From positions 13,685 to 77,684 of IMG/VR virus record IMGVR_UViG_3300033233_000027: DNA of 64,000 nt, one strand, 5' to 3'. Shown one piece after another: positions 8,552 to 17,858 of the stretch; position 1 is the stretch's first letter; each line of letters begins with the position of its first letter. The position numbers were made by a program, and so were the translations under genes. The stretch comes from a virus. Under the pieces are notes generated by a model. That model made no database searches. It was given only the letters and a program-made list of their open reading frames with translations, and was not told the origin of the DNA.

Positions 8552-10654
8552 ATGAGACGGCGAAAGTACGAGCGGTTCTCTGAAGACGACAAGGCAGCGA
8601 TGCTATCGCTGTCGAAAGAAGGTCTGCGGTCAAAGGAGATCCAGACTCATCTTCCACATCTGCCAACCCAGCGAATCAGCGGATTCCTTCGAATGCACAA
8701 GGCCCCAGGAGCGAATCCAAATCCTCGATCGACCGTTCTAGTACGAACGACGGCTGAGGCCGCACCGCAAGTCAGGGCCGCTGCTGCCGCAGCCGCTTCT
8801 GGTAATGTGCAGGCTTCATCCAACCCACTTCCGTTTGCTGCTCAACCTACAACCGCAGCGCACCATCAATCGCAGCCATCTGCGGAATATGACTTCCGGC
8901 CGACGCAGACCCCGATGGTGACGAGCGGAGGAATTCCGGTATCATCTGGTCAGGGTCAGAGACTGGAAGTCGAACGAATCATTCCGCAAGATGGGCTTCT
9001 TGGCGTTCACCCGATGTCGTTCTTGAAAGATGATATCGGTCGTGTTTATGGTTCTGGAACATACAGAATCACGACGCGCTCAAATAGTGGACAAATAATG
9101 ACCGCAGAAGTTCCTATTGCGGCCACCTATGGTCCTCCGCTTTCACCGAAGCGTTATTCTGGGCGAGAAGGACAGCCTGATCGGTCACAACCGAAGCTAT
9201 GGAACGATCCACAAGATCAGCAGTATCGCTTTGAACGCGCAGAGGCGCTTCGCGCTTCTCATAGTCCAGCTGAAGATCTCAAGAACACCGTCCAAGCTAC
9301 GAAGGAACTCATGACGCTTGCGAAGGAAAACGGCCAGGACAGTTCTGGCGGTTACGCTAGAGCCATGGAGACGCTGGCTGCCGCCGCATCGCAGCCGAAG
9401 TCTCAGGAATCTGGGGTGCTTGAGAAATGGTTCATTGCGGACGCAGAACGCCGTTCGATAGAGCGCAAAGAATCTGAGGAACGTCGGGAACGCGAACGTC
9501 GTGAGGACATGGAGCGCCGAGATCGTGATCGGAAGGACGACCAGACGCGTTTCGATCAGATAATGGAACTTGATCGCCAGCGGGCTGTGAGTTCCAACAA
9601 AGAAAAAGATGACGCACACAAGCGAGAAATGGAAAGGCTGAAGGAAGAGAACTCCGCTCGAGTTGCTTGGGAAGCAGAACAGAGAAAAACGCTCCTAGAA
9701 CTCGAGGCGAAGAAGATCGAACTCGTGACCAAGGCGCAAGAGGCTAGGGAGAAGGAACTTGATCGCCGTATTGAAGAAGTAAAAGCTGAGGCAGAGTCTG
9801 GCAGGGATTCGATCCAGGGAGAGCTAGAAAAAGAGCGCGATCACCAGACGGCAATGTTCGATCTTCGGTCAAAGCAACTCGACATACAGGAAAAGTTCCA
9901 GAATGAAAAGCTGGATATGCAGCGCCAGCAGATCACTTCCTCTAGTGCGGATAGCGTCCTCTGGGGGACGGTAAAGGATCTGGTAGACAAGGGCTCTAAG
10001 GCATTTGAGAGATACACGGAGACTGAACAGCTCAAGATGGTTGTCGAAGAGGCTAAAAAGAACGGCGTTAGTCCTGGAACTGTAGCAGACCTCGGGCGGG
10101 CAGCCATGGCTGGGAATATGCAGCCTGAGGCAAAACACACTTCCACGGGCCAAGCCTCCAATACAAACGGAAATGGGAATGGAAAGGGGGCGGAAGTGGG
10201 CCTACTCGACCGATTCTTCAAGGATCCGATCTTTGCTGAAGTCGTGGAGGAGTGGGGCCTTGCGGTCTCTGTCAAGGCAAAGCCGAGTACATTCGCCAAC
10301 ACTTTCCTAGTCTGGATGAACGATCCAGAAAACACGACATACAAGAAGGCGACATCGACCTTTGCTCTGTTCCTTGAGAACAGAGACTGGCCATCGATGT
10401 TTGAAGCCATGCAGAGAAATCTTTCTGCCAAGATCACGGAGCCATTCAAGTCTCCGTATGCGGCTGAATTCTATGAGGCATTCCGCGTCATCGTCGTGGA
10501 GAGTACGCGTTATCTCTACGCGGAGTTCATGCAACAGCGGGCTGACCAAGAGGCTCGTGTTGCGCAAGAAGCGGCAGCGAACAACGGATCTTCTGAACCT
10601 GTAGCGGAAGAGTCGTCTCAGCCCCTGAAGGAAACGGAGCGCATCAGGGCATGA
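8552..10654 (+). CDS. large coiled-coil protein with N-terminal HTH-like segment (possible scaffold/assembly factor)
   Basis: Start set at MRRRKYERFS (GAGAGGG RBS); long E/R/K coiled coil; ATGA-coupled to the transglutaminase-like gene. Confidence 0.7.
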   Translation: MRRRKYERFSEDDKAAMLSLSKEGLRSKEIQTHLPHLPTQRISGFLRMHKAPGANPNPRSTVLVRTTAEAAPQVRAAAAAAASGNVQASSNPLPFAAQPTTAAHHQSQPSAEYDFRPTQTPMVTSGGIPVSSGQGQRLEVERIIPQDGLLGVHPMSFLKDDIGRVYGSGTYRITTRSNSGQIMTAEVPIAATYGPPLSPKRYSGREGQPDRSQPKLWNDPQDQQYRFERAEALRASHSPAEDLKNTVQATKELMTLAKENGQDSSGGYARAMETLAAAASQPKSQESGVLEKWFIADAERRSIERKESEERRERERREDMERRDRDRKDDQTRFDQIMELDRQRAVSSNKEKDDAHKREMERLKEENSARVAWEAEQRKTLLELEAKKIELVTKAQEAREKELDRRIEEVKAEAESGRDSIQGELEKERDHQTAMFDLRSKQLDIQEKFQNEKLDMQRQQITSSSADSVLWGTVKDLVDKGSKAFERYTETEQLKMVVEEAKKNGVSPGTVADLGRAAMAGNMQPEAKHTSTGQASNTNGNGNGKGAEVGLLDRFFKDPIFAEVVEEWGLAVSVKAKPSTFANTFLVWMNDPENTTYKKATSTFALFLENRDWPSMFEAMQRNLSAKITEPFKSPYAAEFYEAFRVIVVESTRYLYAEFMQQRADQEARVAQEAAANNGSSEPVAEESSQPLKETERIRA

Positions 10655-11352
10655 CCGAACACAAAAGGCTGCGGAGGCTTGGCATCGCGATTGATGCCGC
10701 CCCACCAGCCTATGGTGAAGTATTACGGACTCCTCTGGAGGACGACTTCGGGGGCATCCGGTTTGAAGTCGGTCGTGCTGTCCAATACGTAAAGGAAGGT
10801 GGCGCAGATCCGCTTGTGGTTGACACGGCGAGATATTGCGCGATGCTCGCGAGAGATACGGCAGAACAGCTTGGTTTTCCCGTAACTCCTGAGAACGCAA
10901 AGTTGATTGACCTGGAGGGGGTATTCCTTTGGGTCCAGGCCAACTTCGTTTACGTTGATGATCCAACTGGAGTGGAAGTGATGCAGACAGCACCTCGTAT
11001 GCTCCGTCAGAAGATGACGCCGCATGAAGTGCTGGAATGGATGTGGGCTCCGATTCGAGATGGAATGGCTCTTGCCCGCGGTATTGATCCATCGGAATTA
11101 AGCTGTCCTGAAGGAAAAGTGATCGGAGATTGCGAAGAGGCTGCCTGTCTTCTGTTGGCCATGGCTGCCGCTCTTGATATCGGTCCTCTGAAGTTCCGCT
11201 TCGGCGGGAATGATGGCCAACTCCACCATGTTTGGGCTTCTGCTATGGCTGGTGGAGAGTGGCGCGACATGGATGCTACTCAGCGCCAGTTAGGGTTCGA
11301 TCAGTTTCTGCCATTCGACCACTTCGATGAACTGGAGGTCGAACTTCCGTGA
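10651..11352 (+). CDS. transglutaminase-like cysteine protease (Cys-His-Asp triad)
   Basis: GDCEEAACLLLAMAAAL...HHVW...WRDMDAT; upstream YVDDP. Confidence 0.8.
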   Translation: MTEHKRLRRLGIAIDAAPPAYGEVLRTPLEDDFGGIRFEVGRAVQYVKEGGADPLVVDTARYCAMLARDTAEQLGFPVTPENAKLIDLEGVFLWVQANFVYVDDPTGVEVMQTAPRMLRQKMTPHEVLEWMWAPIRDGMALARGIDPSELSCPEGKVIGDCEEAACLLLAMAAALDIGPLKFRFGGNDGQLHHVWASAMAGGEWRDMDATQRQLGFDQFLPFDHFDELEVELP

Positions 11353-11969
11353 TCCTAGGAAAATGGTCTGATGGGCCACGCCTCGGCGCGGTTGAGCTGG
11401 TTGAGCTAGGCTCAATTCGTCGTCACGCCTCCATGGGTGGCTTCCTAGACTTCTTAGGTGGGTTCGCTGGAGAGGTTGCTGGATTCTTCGGGAGTGCTGT
11501 TGGCGCTGGGTTGGGATTCCTTAAGGATGCGCTGAATGTCGGGCTGAAGCCGCTGATGGATGGGGTTGCGTCTGCCTTCACTGGGCTGGCAGATATCCTT
11601 CGGGAGATCCCGCTCATCGGGGAAATCGTTGGTGGCCTCATCCTAGTTATCAACGCGGCCATTCAGACGCTGCTCTCTCTTCCGGGGCTCTTGATTGACG
11701 CGCTTCCGAAGATTCTTAAAGGACTGACCAGTTCGTTCTTTGGGGCGTACGGTAAGGATGAGCAGAGTTCAATCCTAAGCACGGTTCTGCCGAAAGTGGC
11801 CGCCAGAGCTCCAGAGCCGATTCGGAATGTCGTCAAGACCACGCTGGCTGAAACTAGGCCAGCGATTGACGGTTCGGTACAGCCACCCGAATCTGCGGGT
11901 GGAATTGATCCGCTTGTAATCGCCGGGGTCTCTGCCGCGGTTGTTGCCGCAGCTCTGATCGCGGCTTGA
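11349..11969 (+). CDS. putative virion membrane protein
   Basis: RLGAVELVELG leader, Gly-rich amphipathic/hydrophobic helices, C-terminal TM. Confidence 0.65.
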   Translation: MILGKWSDGPRLGAVELVELGSIRRHASMGGFLDFLGGFAGEVAGFFGSAVGAGLGFLKDALNVGLKPLMDGVASAFTGLADILREIPLIGEIVGGLILVINAAIQTLLSLPGLLIDALPKILKGLTSSFFGAYGKDEQSSILSTVLPKVAARAPEPIRNVVKTTLAETRPAIDGSVQPPESAGGIDPLVIAGVSAAVVAAALIAA

Positions 11970-12004
11970 CCTATCCAAGGCCTATTTTTTTTGGAGAAGA
12001 CACG

Positions 12005-12709
12005 ATGGCGGAGAAGAAGGGGGCGGGCACCAAGCCTGCCGGTTCCCGCCGCGGCGGGAACGTCGTGGTGGATCTCGGCGAGACGATTGACGACGTGATC
12101 GACGCCGCAGTCGAAGCTGGCTACAAACCAAAGCAGGGTTTGGGAGCGGCTGGTAACACGAAGCCAGGTGGGTATCGCCCTGGTTTCCTCGGTTCGAATT
12201 TCCGACCTGGTATCGGATTCCGTCCGAGCGGTATTCATCCATCCAAGCTGGGTATGGCCCTCAATATCCAGAGGACCGTGGACACGATGAAGGTTTTGGG
12301 TGGGTCCATTGCGGGCATGGCGTTCAACCGTGTTCTGTATCGAGCCATCCCGAAGGTGTCCACGTCCGTCACGTCGGAGCTGCTGGTCAATGGAGCGGCT
12401 GCCGTTCTTGGAGTCGCGCCCTACTTCCTTTTCAAGAAGGAAGGTCATGGAAGCGATTTCCTCGTCGGATTCGCGATCCCAGGCGTCGTGACATTCGCTG
12501 GATCGCTCTTCGACAAGCTCCTTGGCGCGGTCGCCTCCAGCGTCCTTCCGAAGCCGATGCTGTCTGGCCCGGATGCGTCCCGGCCAGCGACGGACGCGCA
12601 TCGTGCTTTGGCGGAAGCCAACCGTACGCTTGACGCGCTCAAGGGCCGGATGGGCCTACAGCGTCAGACGGTTGTGTCTCTGCCACGGGTTCAGGGGGTG
12701 GCTTCTTAA
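12005..12709 (+). CDS. putative virion membrane protein
   Basis: GGAGAAG RBS; RPG repeats, about three hydrophobic helices; upstream of the candidate capsid gene. Confidence 0.65.
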   Translation: MAEKKGAGTKPAGSRRGGNVVVDLGETIDDVIDAAVEAGYKPKQGLGAAGNTKPGGYRPGFLGSNFRPGIGFRPSGIHPSKLGMALNIQRTVDTMKVLGGSIAGMAFNRVLYRAIPKVSTSVTSELLVNGAAAVLGVAPYFLFKKEGHGSDFLVGFAIPGVVTFAGSLFDKLLGAVASSVLPKPMLSGPDASRPATDAHRALAEANRTLDALKGRMGLQRQTVVSLPRVQGVAS

Positions 12710-12713
12710 TAAA

Positions 12714-12810
12714 CATCCGCAGAGGGGGAAGGCGCCAACCCGTCCCCCGGGGAGGGGGCGCAGGGCGCCCCAAGGGTCGGACGCGGGTGGCGCCTACCCC
12801 GTGCGCGGTG
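12714..12810 (+). ncRNA. GC-rich long stem-loop in the 5' leader of the candidate capsid gene
   Basis: Nested pairs CCGC/GCGG, GGGG/CCCC, AGGCGCCA/TGGCGCCT, ACCCG/CGGGT, GGGGCGC/GCGCCCC. Confidence 0.5.
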
Positions 12811-12869
12811 AAGTGTGTTTGTGAACGAACTGTAACTGTGAATAACTGAAACGAACGAAAGGGAAGACA

Positions 12870-13628
12870 ATGGGCGAAACGATGCGCGATTACATTCCGC
12901 AACGTCCTCAACGTATCGGCATTTACGACAACAGCACCGGAAAGGTGACTGAGGCCGTCTATTCCGAGTGCGCTGACCAGACGCAGAGTGTTACTATCGC
13001 TTCTGGTACTGGCACGTACGATGTTACTCTCGAATTTCCCCAGACGCAAAACTCGGACTGCGATGCGACTCTTGGTCATGGAGTGGAGATCTCGTATCTC
13101 TCCGGTGGTGGTGCGACCGGCATGACGATTGGAGATCTCGCCAAAGTCCTTACTTCGGGCACGATTGAAATCACTCGTGCTGGCCAGAAGTGCGTCGATC
13201 AGCGCGAGATGGCTCAGGCGAATTTCCTTGTTCAGTTCCAGGCTGAAGCTGCGTTGGCTGCTGGCCGCGTGGCTGCTGGATGGAATAATGAGCAGATTTA
13301 TCGTGCTGGCCAGTGCACGCCTATCATGCTCTATACGAATAGGGATGTGATTCTGGTCAGGCTCCGTGGAGCTCAGCCAGATGAAACCCAGGTTGTTGTC
13401 GTGAAGCTCATCTTTACCCGCTACACGACGCAGCCAACGACTCCTTCCTGCGCACTCCTGCCGCTCGCTATCTTCCAGGGCTCTGCTTTCCCTGTGAAGT
13501 TCTACGAGAGTCTCCCAACCAGGGAAGCGCAGCCTTGGGATGTCGCTGATCTTTCTGGGGCTAACCAGGTGGCTACGCTTACGCATGGGGTTCAGCAGGG
13601 TCTTAGCGCGGAGCGTGGAATCGCGTAA
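12870..13628 (+). CDS. candidate major capsid protein (single jelly-roll-like)
   Basis: Beta-strand-rich, no TM; DLAKVLTSGTIEITRAGQK...PIMLYTNRDVILVRL...VVVKLIF pattern; strong RBS (GAAAGGGAAG); flanked by a structured leader and a terminator. Confidence 0.55.
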   Translation: MGETMRDYIPQRPQRIGIYDNSTGKVTEAVYSECADQTQSVTIASGTGTYDVTLEFPQTQNSDCDATLGHGVEISYLSGGGATGMTIGDLAKVLTSGTIEITRAGQKCVDQREMAQANFLVQFQAEAALAAGRVAAGWNNEQIYRAGQCTPIMLYTNRDVILVRLRGAQPDETQVVVVKLIFTRYTTQPTTPSCALLPLAIFQGSAFPVKFYESLPTREAQPWDVADLSGANQVATLTHGVQQGLSAERGIA

Positions 13629-13660
13629 CGTCTTCAGGGCGACCAGAAGGAACGTATTAC

Positions 13661-13694
13661 CCGGCGTGCGCCGATTGTCGGCGTACGCCGGTTT
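13661..13694 (+). terminator. intrinsic terminator / stabilising hairpin after the candidate capsid gene
   Basis: CCGGCGTGCGCCGA-TTG-TCGGCGTACGCCGG followed by TTT. Confidence 0.65.
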
Positions 13695-13720
13695 CCATCA
13701 CCTTCTGACGGTGTTGCTAG

Positions 13721-14329
13721 ATGACCGAACAACTAAATACAGATATTCCGTTCCTGCGACTAAAGGGGCAGCATGAAGTGCAAGGAGATTGCTTCATACG
13801 CCCATCGGACTTCTTTTTTGCAGAGAGATTCCAAAAGAAGGTAGAGGCACTAAAGAAATCGTCTCCACTCCTTGCTGAGGCGATCTGTTTTGCCCAGGCC
13901 TTGGGCCTGATGGAGCCTGCGGAAGCTCGTAGACCAGGGGCTGGCAATGCAGTAACCAGAACAAGGGTTGGAGTTACGGTTCCTCGAGCGACAGTAAATC
14001 CAGCTCAGCCTAATATAATCATACCTGGGGTATTTGAAGCGTTCTCTACCTGTCCACCAATGGGCACGTTAGGAATCGCCGGTAAGATTGATGTTATTCC
14101 GGCGAATACGACTGCGATCAGCTTCGGGCGTGTCTTCTATCAGCATATGATCGTTGGCGTAGGTAAAGATCTCTGTGTGGATTGGAATTTCCCAGACTGC
14201 CCAGGTTTTGTCACGACGGCAGAAAACTTCTTCATATCCCCTACGGGGATCAGGGTTTTCCTTCAGAATAGGTCTAGGACAGGAGAGGCGCTGTTCTCCG
14301 TTGAGGCAGAAATATGGCCAGTGCTGTGA
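13721..14329 (+). CDS. putative structural protein (beta-rich C-terminal half)
   Basis: 202 aa; alternating hydrophobic strands in the C-terminal half. Confidence 0.55.
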   Translation: MTEQLNTDIPFLRLKGQHEVQGDCFIRPSDFFFAERFQKKVEALKKSSPLLAEAICFAQALGLMEPAEARRPGAGNAVTRTRVGVTVPRATVNPAQPNIIIPGVFEAFSTCPPMGTLGIAGKIDVIPANTTAISFGRVFYQHMIVGVGKDLCVDWNFPDCPGFVTTAENFFISPTGIRVFLQNRSRTGEALFSVEAEIWPVL

Positions 14330-14366
14330 TCTTGTTCCGTCGCGCCGATATGAATAAGGTGAGAAA

Positions 14367-14762
14367 ATGGGGGTCGTAAGCGGAGGACCGATACCGTACA
14401 TGATTCCCACCAGCCAGGACACGCTGAAGGTGGTTGAGTCGGATGTACCGCTCGCATTTGGCGGCGTGTTTAGTTCTGAGATAACCATCTTCCGTGGGTA
14501 TTCGGTCTTATGTGCATTGGTCATCACCGATCAGTCAACTTTGTTAGAAGTTACTGAACGGTGCGACTCAGACGCAGCAGATTTGAAAGATGGGGTAGTA
14601 ACTGAGTCTGCATTGACCGCAGTGGATCCAGTCACGGGGAAGAATTTCCTCTGCAAGCGATTTGAGCCATGCGGCAAATTCGGGAGTATCACGATCACAA
14701 ACAAAGGCCTCATCGCTCAAACTTTCCTGCGACTGTGCGTCTACTTACTCCCTATCCGATAG
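14367..14762 (+). CDS. putative small beta-sandwich structural protein (penton/spike-like)
   Basis: 131 aa, all-beta pattern; AAGGTGAG RBS. Confidence 0.55.
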   Translation: MGVVSGGPIPYMIPTSQDTLKVVESDVPLAFGGVFSSEITIFRGYSVLCALVITDQSTLLEVTERCDSDAADLKDGVVTESALTAVDPVTGKNFLCKRFEPCGKFGSITITNKGLIAQTFLRLCVYLLPIR

Positions 14763-14775
14763 TGCGGAGTCGATC

Positions 14776-15057
14776 ATGGCGTCCTTGGCGGCAAGAATCG
14801 CGACTCTGGTAACGGAGCAGCAGAACGTCAAGCACGCCATCGAGAAAGAGGTTGAGGAGCGCCGTCGCGATCACGATGAACTCACGAAAGTAATAGGATC
14901 CGTGAGCAATCTGAAGGAAAAGATCGATACGTTGGATGGAGAGAAGAAGGAGAGGGACAAGGAGTCCCGCTCAAGAAACTGGCAGGCATGGTTCGCGATA
15001 GCTACGGCCCTTCTCGGGATTGTATTGACGCTCCTGAAAATCAAAGGGGCAGTCTGA
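14776..15057 (+). CDS. coiled-coil protein with C-terminal TM (holin/XhlA-like architecture)
   Basis: Coiled coil then WQAWFAIATALLGIVLTLL. Confidence 0.6.
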   Translation: MASLAARIATLVTEQQNVKHAIEKEVEERRRDHDELTKVIGSVSNLKEKIDTLDGEKKERDKESRSRNWQAWFAIATALLGIVLTLLKIKGAV

Positions 15058-15064
15058 GGTAGTC

Positions 15065-15556
15065 ATGAGTAAGAACATTCTCGTGGTTGAAGACGACGCG
15101 AAGCAGGCGCGGGAAATGACTACCCTTCTCAGAAAATGCGGGTACAAGGCTTCCTATGTCTTGTCGTCTGAAGAGGCGATCTGTGTCTGCGGAGCAGAGA
15201 AATTCGACTGCCTCGTAGTGGATTACTGCATGCCGCAGATTGATGGCGTGAAGTTTGTTCGTACCCTACGCCAGTCTGGGGCGCATACTCCAGTAGTCAT
15301 ACTTACAGCCTCAGATAAGGTAAAGGTGGAGGCGGCAGTTGACGACCTTGAGGTGTGGAACGTACTGGAAAAGCCTACGGGCATGAAAGAGCTCGGAGAG
15401 AGCATCGAAGAGGCGTGCGAGTGGTTTGAGATGCCTCCAGAGGTCGTAAACGAGCTTGAGAAGCAACTAGAAGAAGAAACGAAGCACATAGGCGAAATGC
15501 GTCGTGATCTGGACGATGAAACGAAAATCCTTCCTCCTTTTGGGAGAGTTCTATGA
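15065..15556 (+). CDS. response regulator receiver (CheY-like) protein
   Basis: ILVVEDD, phosphoacceptor VVDYCMPQIDG, ILTAS, LEKP. Confidence 0.9.
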   Translation: MSKNILVVEDDAKQAREMTTLLRKCGYKASYVLSSEEAICVCGAEKFDCLVVDYCMPQIDGVKFVRTLRQSGAHTPVVILTASDKVKVEAAVDDLEVWNVLEKPTGMKELGESIEEACEWFEMPPEVVNELEKQLEEETKHIGEMRRDLDDETKILPPFGRVL

Positions 15557-15864
15557 TCGGACAGTGGGATCTCGTGTCGTATCCTGGCCTGATCGCTGCG
15601 GTGGTCGCATTGATCGGAGTCACGAAGAAGCTGTGGAAGCCATGGGTCAAGGGGAAGGAACCGATGCTTGCGGTTGCTCTCTCTTATGTTCTCGGCATAT
15701 CCTCCAAGCTGACGATCCCCAAGGCGTTCCAAGGAATCTACTGGGTTCCATTCCTAGTTACGCTCGTGTTCGTGGCGATGGCGGCGATGTCAGCGCATGA
15801 CCGCATCGTGAATCAAGTTCTGGCTGGCAAGCCAGCGCCAGATTCGTCAAAACGAACCCCCTGA
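15553..15864 (+). CDS. holin-like membrane protein
   Basis: 103 aa, three TM helices, charged C-terminal tail. Confidence 0.55.
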   Translation: MIGQWDLVSYPGLIAAVVALIGVTKKLWKPWVKGKEPMLAVALSYVLGISSKLTIPKAFQGIYWVPFLVTLVFVAMAAMSAHDRIVNQVLAGKPAPDSSKRTP

Positions 15865-15882
15865 TCGTGTACTTTTTTTGAA

Positions 15883-16146
15883 ATGCGGAATAGGATGTCG
15901 CAGATGAGAAGAATTGTGACTGCGCTGGCGATCTGTGCAGTGCTTTCCTTCGCGGGCTGCTCCACGGTGGATCGTAACGCCGTGAACCAGATTGAAGTCA
16001 CCCACGCCCAGATCCTACCGAAGTACCTTGAGTACGTATCCAAAGATGCCACGCTCTCTGATCCTCAAAAAGAGGATCGCAAGAAGCTGGTAGAAAGCCT
16101 CCAGCGAATCGTGGCAGCACTCAAGAAGTCAGCGGGAGGGGAGTAA
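15883..16146 (+). CDS. lipoprotein
   Basis: Signal peptide with lipobox LSFAG-C. Confidence 0.7.
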   Translation: MRNRMSQMRRIVTALAICAVLSFAGCSTVDRNAVNQIEVTHAQILPKYLEYVSKDATLSDPQKEDRKKLVESLQRIVAALKKSAGGE

Positions 16147-16147
16147 C

Positions 16148-16480
16148 GTGGATTGGGTAGCGATCAAGGATGCCGTAGTCGCCACCGCAAAATCCAGACT
16201 CGGTAAGTTTCTGGATCAGAACAAAGATGCGGCCGACTTCCTTCGCGAACGTGCGGAGAGATTCGCGAAGCTGACCGTGGCGTGGGGGGGTGCCTCGACT
16301 GAGGAAGAGCGATCTTCCTTCGCAAATGATATGTCGATCGTGAGGATATCCATCGACAATGAGATCGCCTCCGTAGCGGTTGCGGCTGCGGCAGAGACGC
16401 GAGCTTTGTTCAAGAGCATCCTTTCTACGGCTCTGGAGACTCTGGCGCGTTCTCTTCCTGGGCTTCTAGGGGCCCTGTGA
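16148..16480 (+). CDS. hypothetical helical protein
   Basis: GGGAGGGGAG RBS, GTG start. Confidence 0.6.
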   Translation: MDWVAIKDAVVATAKSRLGKFLDQNKDAADFLRERAERFAKLTVAWGGASTEEERSSFANDMSIVRISIDNEIASVAVAAAAETRALFKSILSTALETLARSLPGLLGAL

Positions 16481-17058
16481 TTGGTGGGGGGAAAATGGGA
16501 GTCCTGACTATCGTGGACGGAGAAGGTATCTCGAAGAGGGCTCTCCGGTTCATGATCTCCATGTTCGGTGTCGGGATCATCCTAGGCCTGATTGCCTCCT
16601 TCTGTTATTCGGCCTATCTGATGTCTGTCGGCGGATGGGACAAATCGACGAGCCTATTCCATGCAGTCGTGCTTCTTTTCGGACTAGGCGTGACTGTGCC
16701 GGCGCTTTCCACAAGCCTGCGGATGCTTTATCATGGCCTGGTCCTGAGCGAGAGGGGATTGCAGAACGCTGAGAAGCTGTCGAACGCCGTTGACCGCGCT
16801 GAGGAGAAGGCGGGGCCAATGGTCGACAGGTTCGAGCGGATGGTGGGCAGATTCGAGCGGTTACTGGACATCGCAGAATCTGAACGAGCTAAGGCGATGT
16901 TGGCTAGGGTGGAGAAGGCACTGGAGTCTGGGCTTCTTGAGAATCTGGCTGATGAGTTTGAGCCCCGTGGAACACCTCCATCAATCCGTGCTGCGCTGCC
17001 AACTCTTGTAGCACGCGGGAACGGTGGAGTGAAGAGTCTTCCTCGCAAGGAAGAGTGA
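16477..17058 (+). CDS. membrane protein (2 TM plus coiled coil)
   Basis: Two hydrophobic helices then heptads. Confidence 0.6.
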   Translation: MIGGGKMGVLTIVDGEGISKRALRFMISMFGVGIILGLIASFCYSAYLMSVGGWDKSTSLFHAVVLLFGLGVTVPALSTSLRMLYHGLVLSERGLQNAEKLSNAVDRAEEKAGPMVDRFERMVGRFERLLDIAESERAKAMLARVEKALESGLLENLADEFEPRGTPPSIRAALPTLVARGNGGVKSLPRKEE

Positions 17059-17852
17059 AGATGCAGAAACACAGATTGCTGTTTCCTGCGGGTAGGCTTC
17101 TTGGTCCAATTCCAGTGTCCCGACCACATAGCGTTCTAGTCAAGTATCAGATGGGACAGGTGGATTACGGAGATGAATCTCCACCTCCAGATCAGCCCGC
17201 AGAACCTACTCCACCAGTAGAGACGCCCCCTGACTACAGCTGGGATGTTCCACCTGGCCAAGAGATATCTCCATACTATCCACCAGAAGGGGCACCTCCC
17301 GACTACAGTTGGGATGTTCCACCTGGCCAAGAGGTATCGCCATACTATCCACCAGAAGAGCCCCCTAAAGATTACTGGAGTGATCCATGGGCTGAGGAGC
17401 CGCCTACATCTCCATACGAGCCGATAGGTGTAGAGCCAGTTACAAGCGAACAAAAAAAAGCAGATGAGCAAATAAAAGCTGAGAAGACTACTGGAAAAAA
17501 GACGGCGTTGGTTATCAAGGATCTCCTTGCTGGGGTTCCGGCTGGGTCGTCTGCCTGGGCTTCCTATGCAACCCAGTTAGACAAATGTATGACGATGCTC
17601 AATTCCAGCGATGCCATCAAAGTGATTGGTGGAGGGGCGTGTCTCTACTCGCTCTATCAAAGCGTCCATGACTATGTGAACAAGAGGGATGACGACGAAG
17701 CTGCGGCTAGGAAAGCTAAAGAAGACATTGAACGCGCTGCGGCAGCGGCCAGAGCTGCCGGCAATGCGGCAGCTGATCGGGCGAATCCTAGCGAATGGAT
17801 GTGGATCTTGGCGGGAGGGGCCGTGGCTGCTGCTATAGTGGCCATCGCGTAA
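17055..17852 (+). CDS. tail-anchored putative virion protein, paralogue of 17859..18359
   Basis: Leader ...YQMGQ, Pro-rich repeat, shared QLDxC...GGxCLYSLYQSV domain, C-terminal TM. Confidence 0.7.
   Translation: MKMQKHRLLFPAGRLLGPIPVSRPHSVLVKYQMGQVDYGDESPPPDQPAEPTPPVETPPDYSWDVPPGQEISPYYPPEGAPPDYSWDVPPGQEVSPYYPPEEPPKDYWSDPWAEEPPTSPYEPIGVEPVTSEQKKADEQIKAEKTTGKKTALVIKDLLAGVPAGSSAWASYATQLDKCMTMLNSSDAIKVIGGGACLYSLYQSVHDYVNKRDDDEAAARKAKEDIERAAAAARAAGNAAADRANPSEWMWILAGGAVAAAIVAIA
17226..17363 (+). repeat. 69-bp tandem duplication (PPDYSWDVPPGQExSPYYPPE x2)
   Basis: Near-identical units offset by 69 nt (17229 and 17298). Confidence 0.85.
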
Positions 17853-17858
17853 GGAGGA

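Noticed and set aside
9841-13586. Long antisense ORFs (9841..10449, 10307..11092, 11663..12601, 12639..13586)
   Set aside because: Shadows of well-supported + strand genes; no RBS or recognisable motifs
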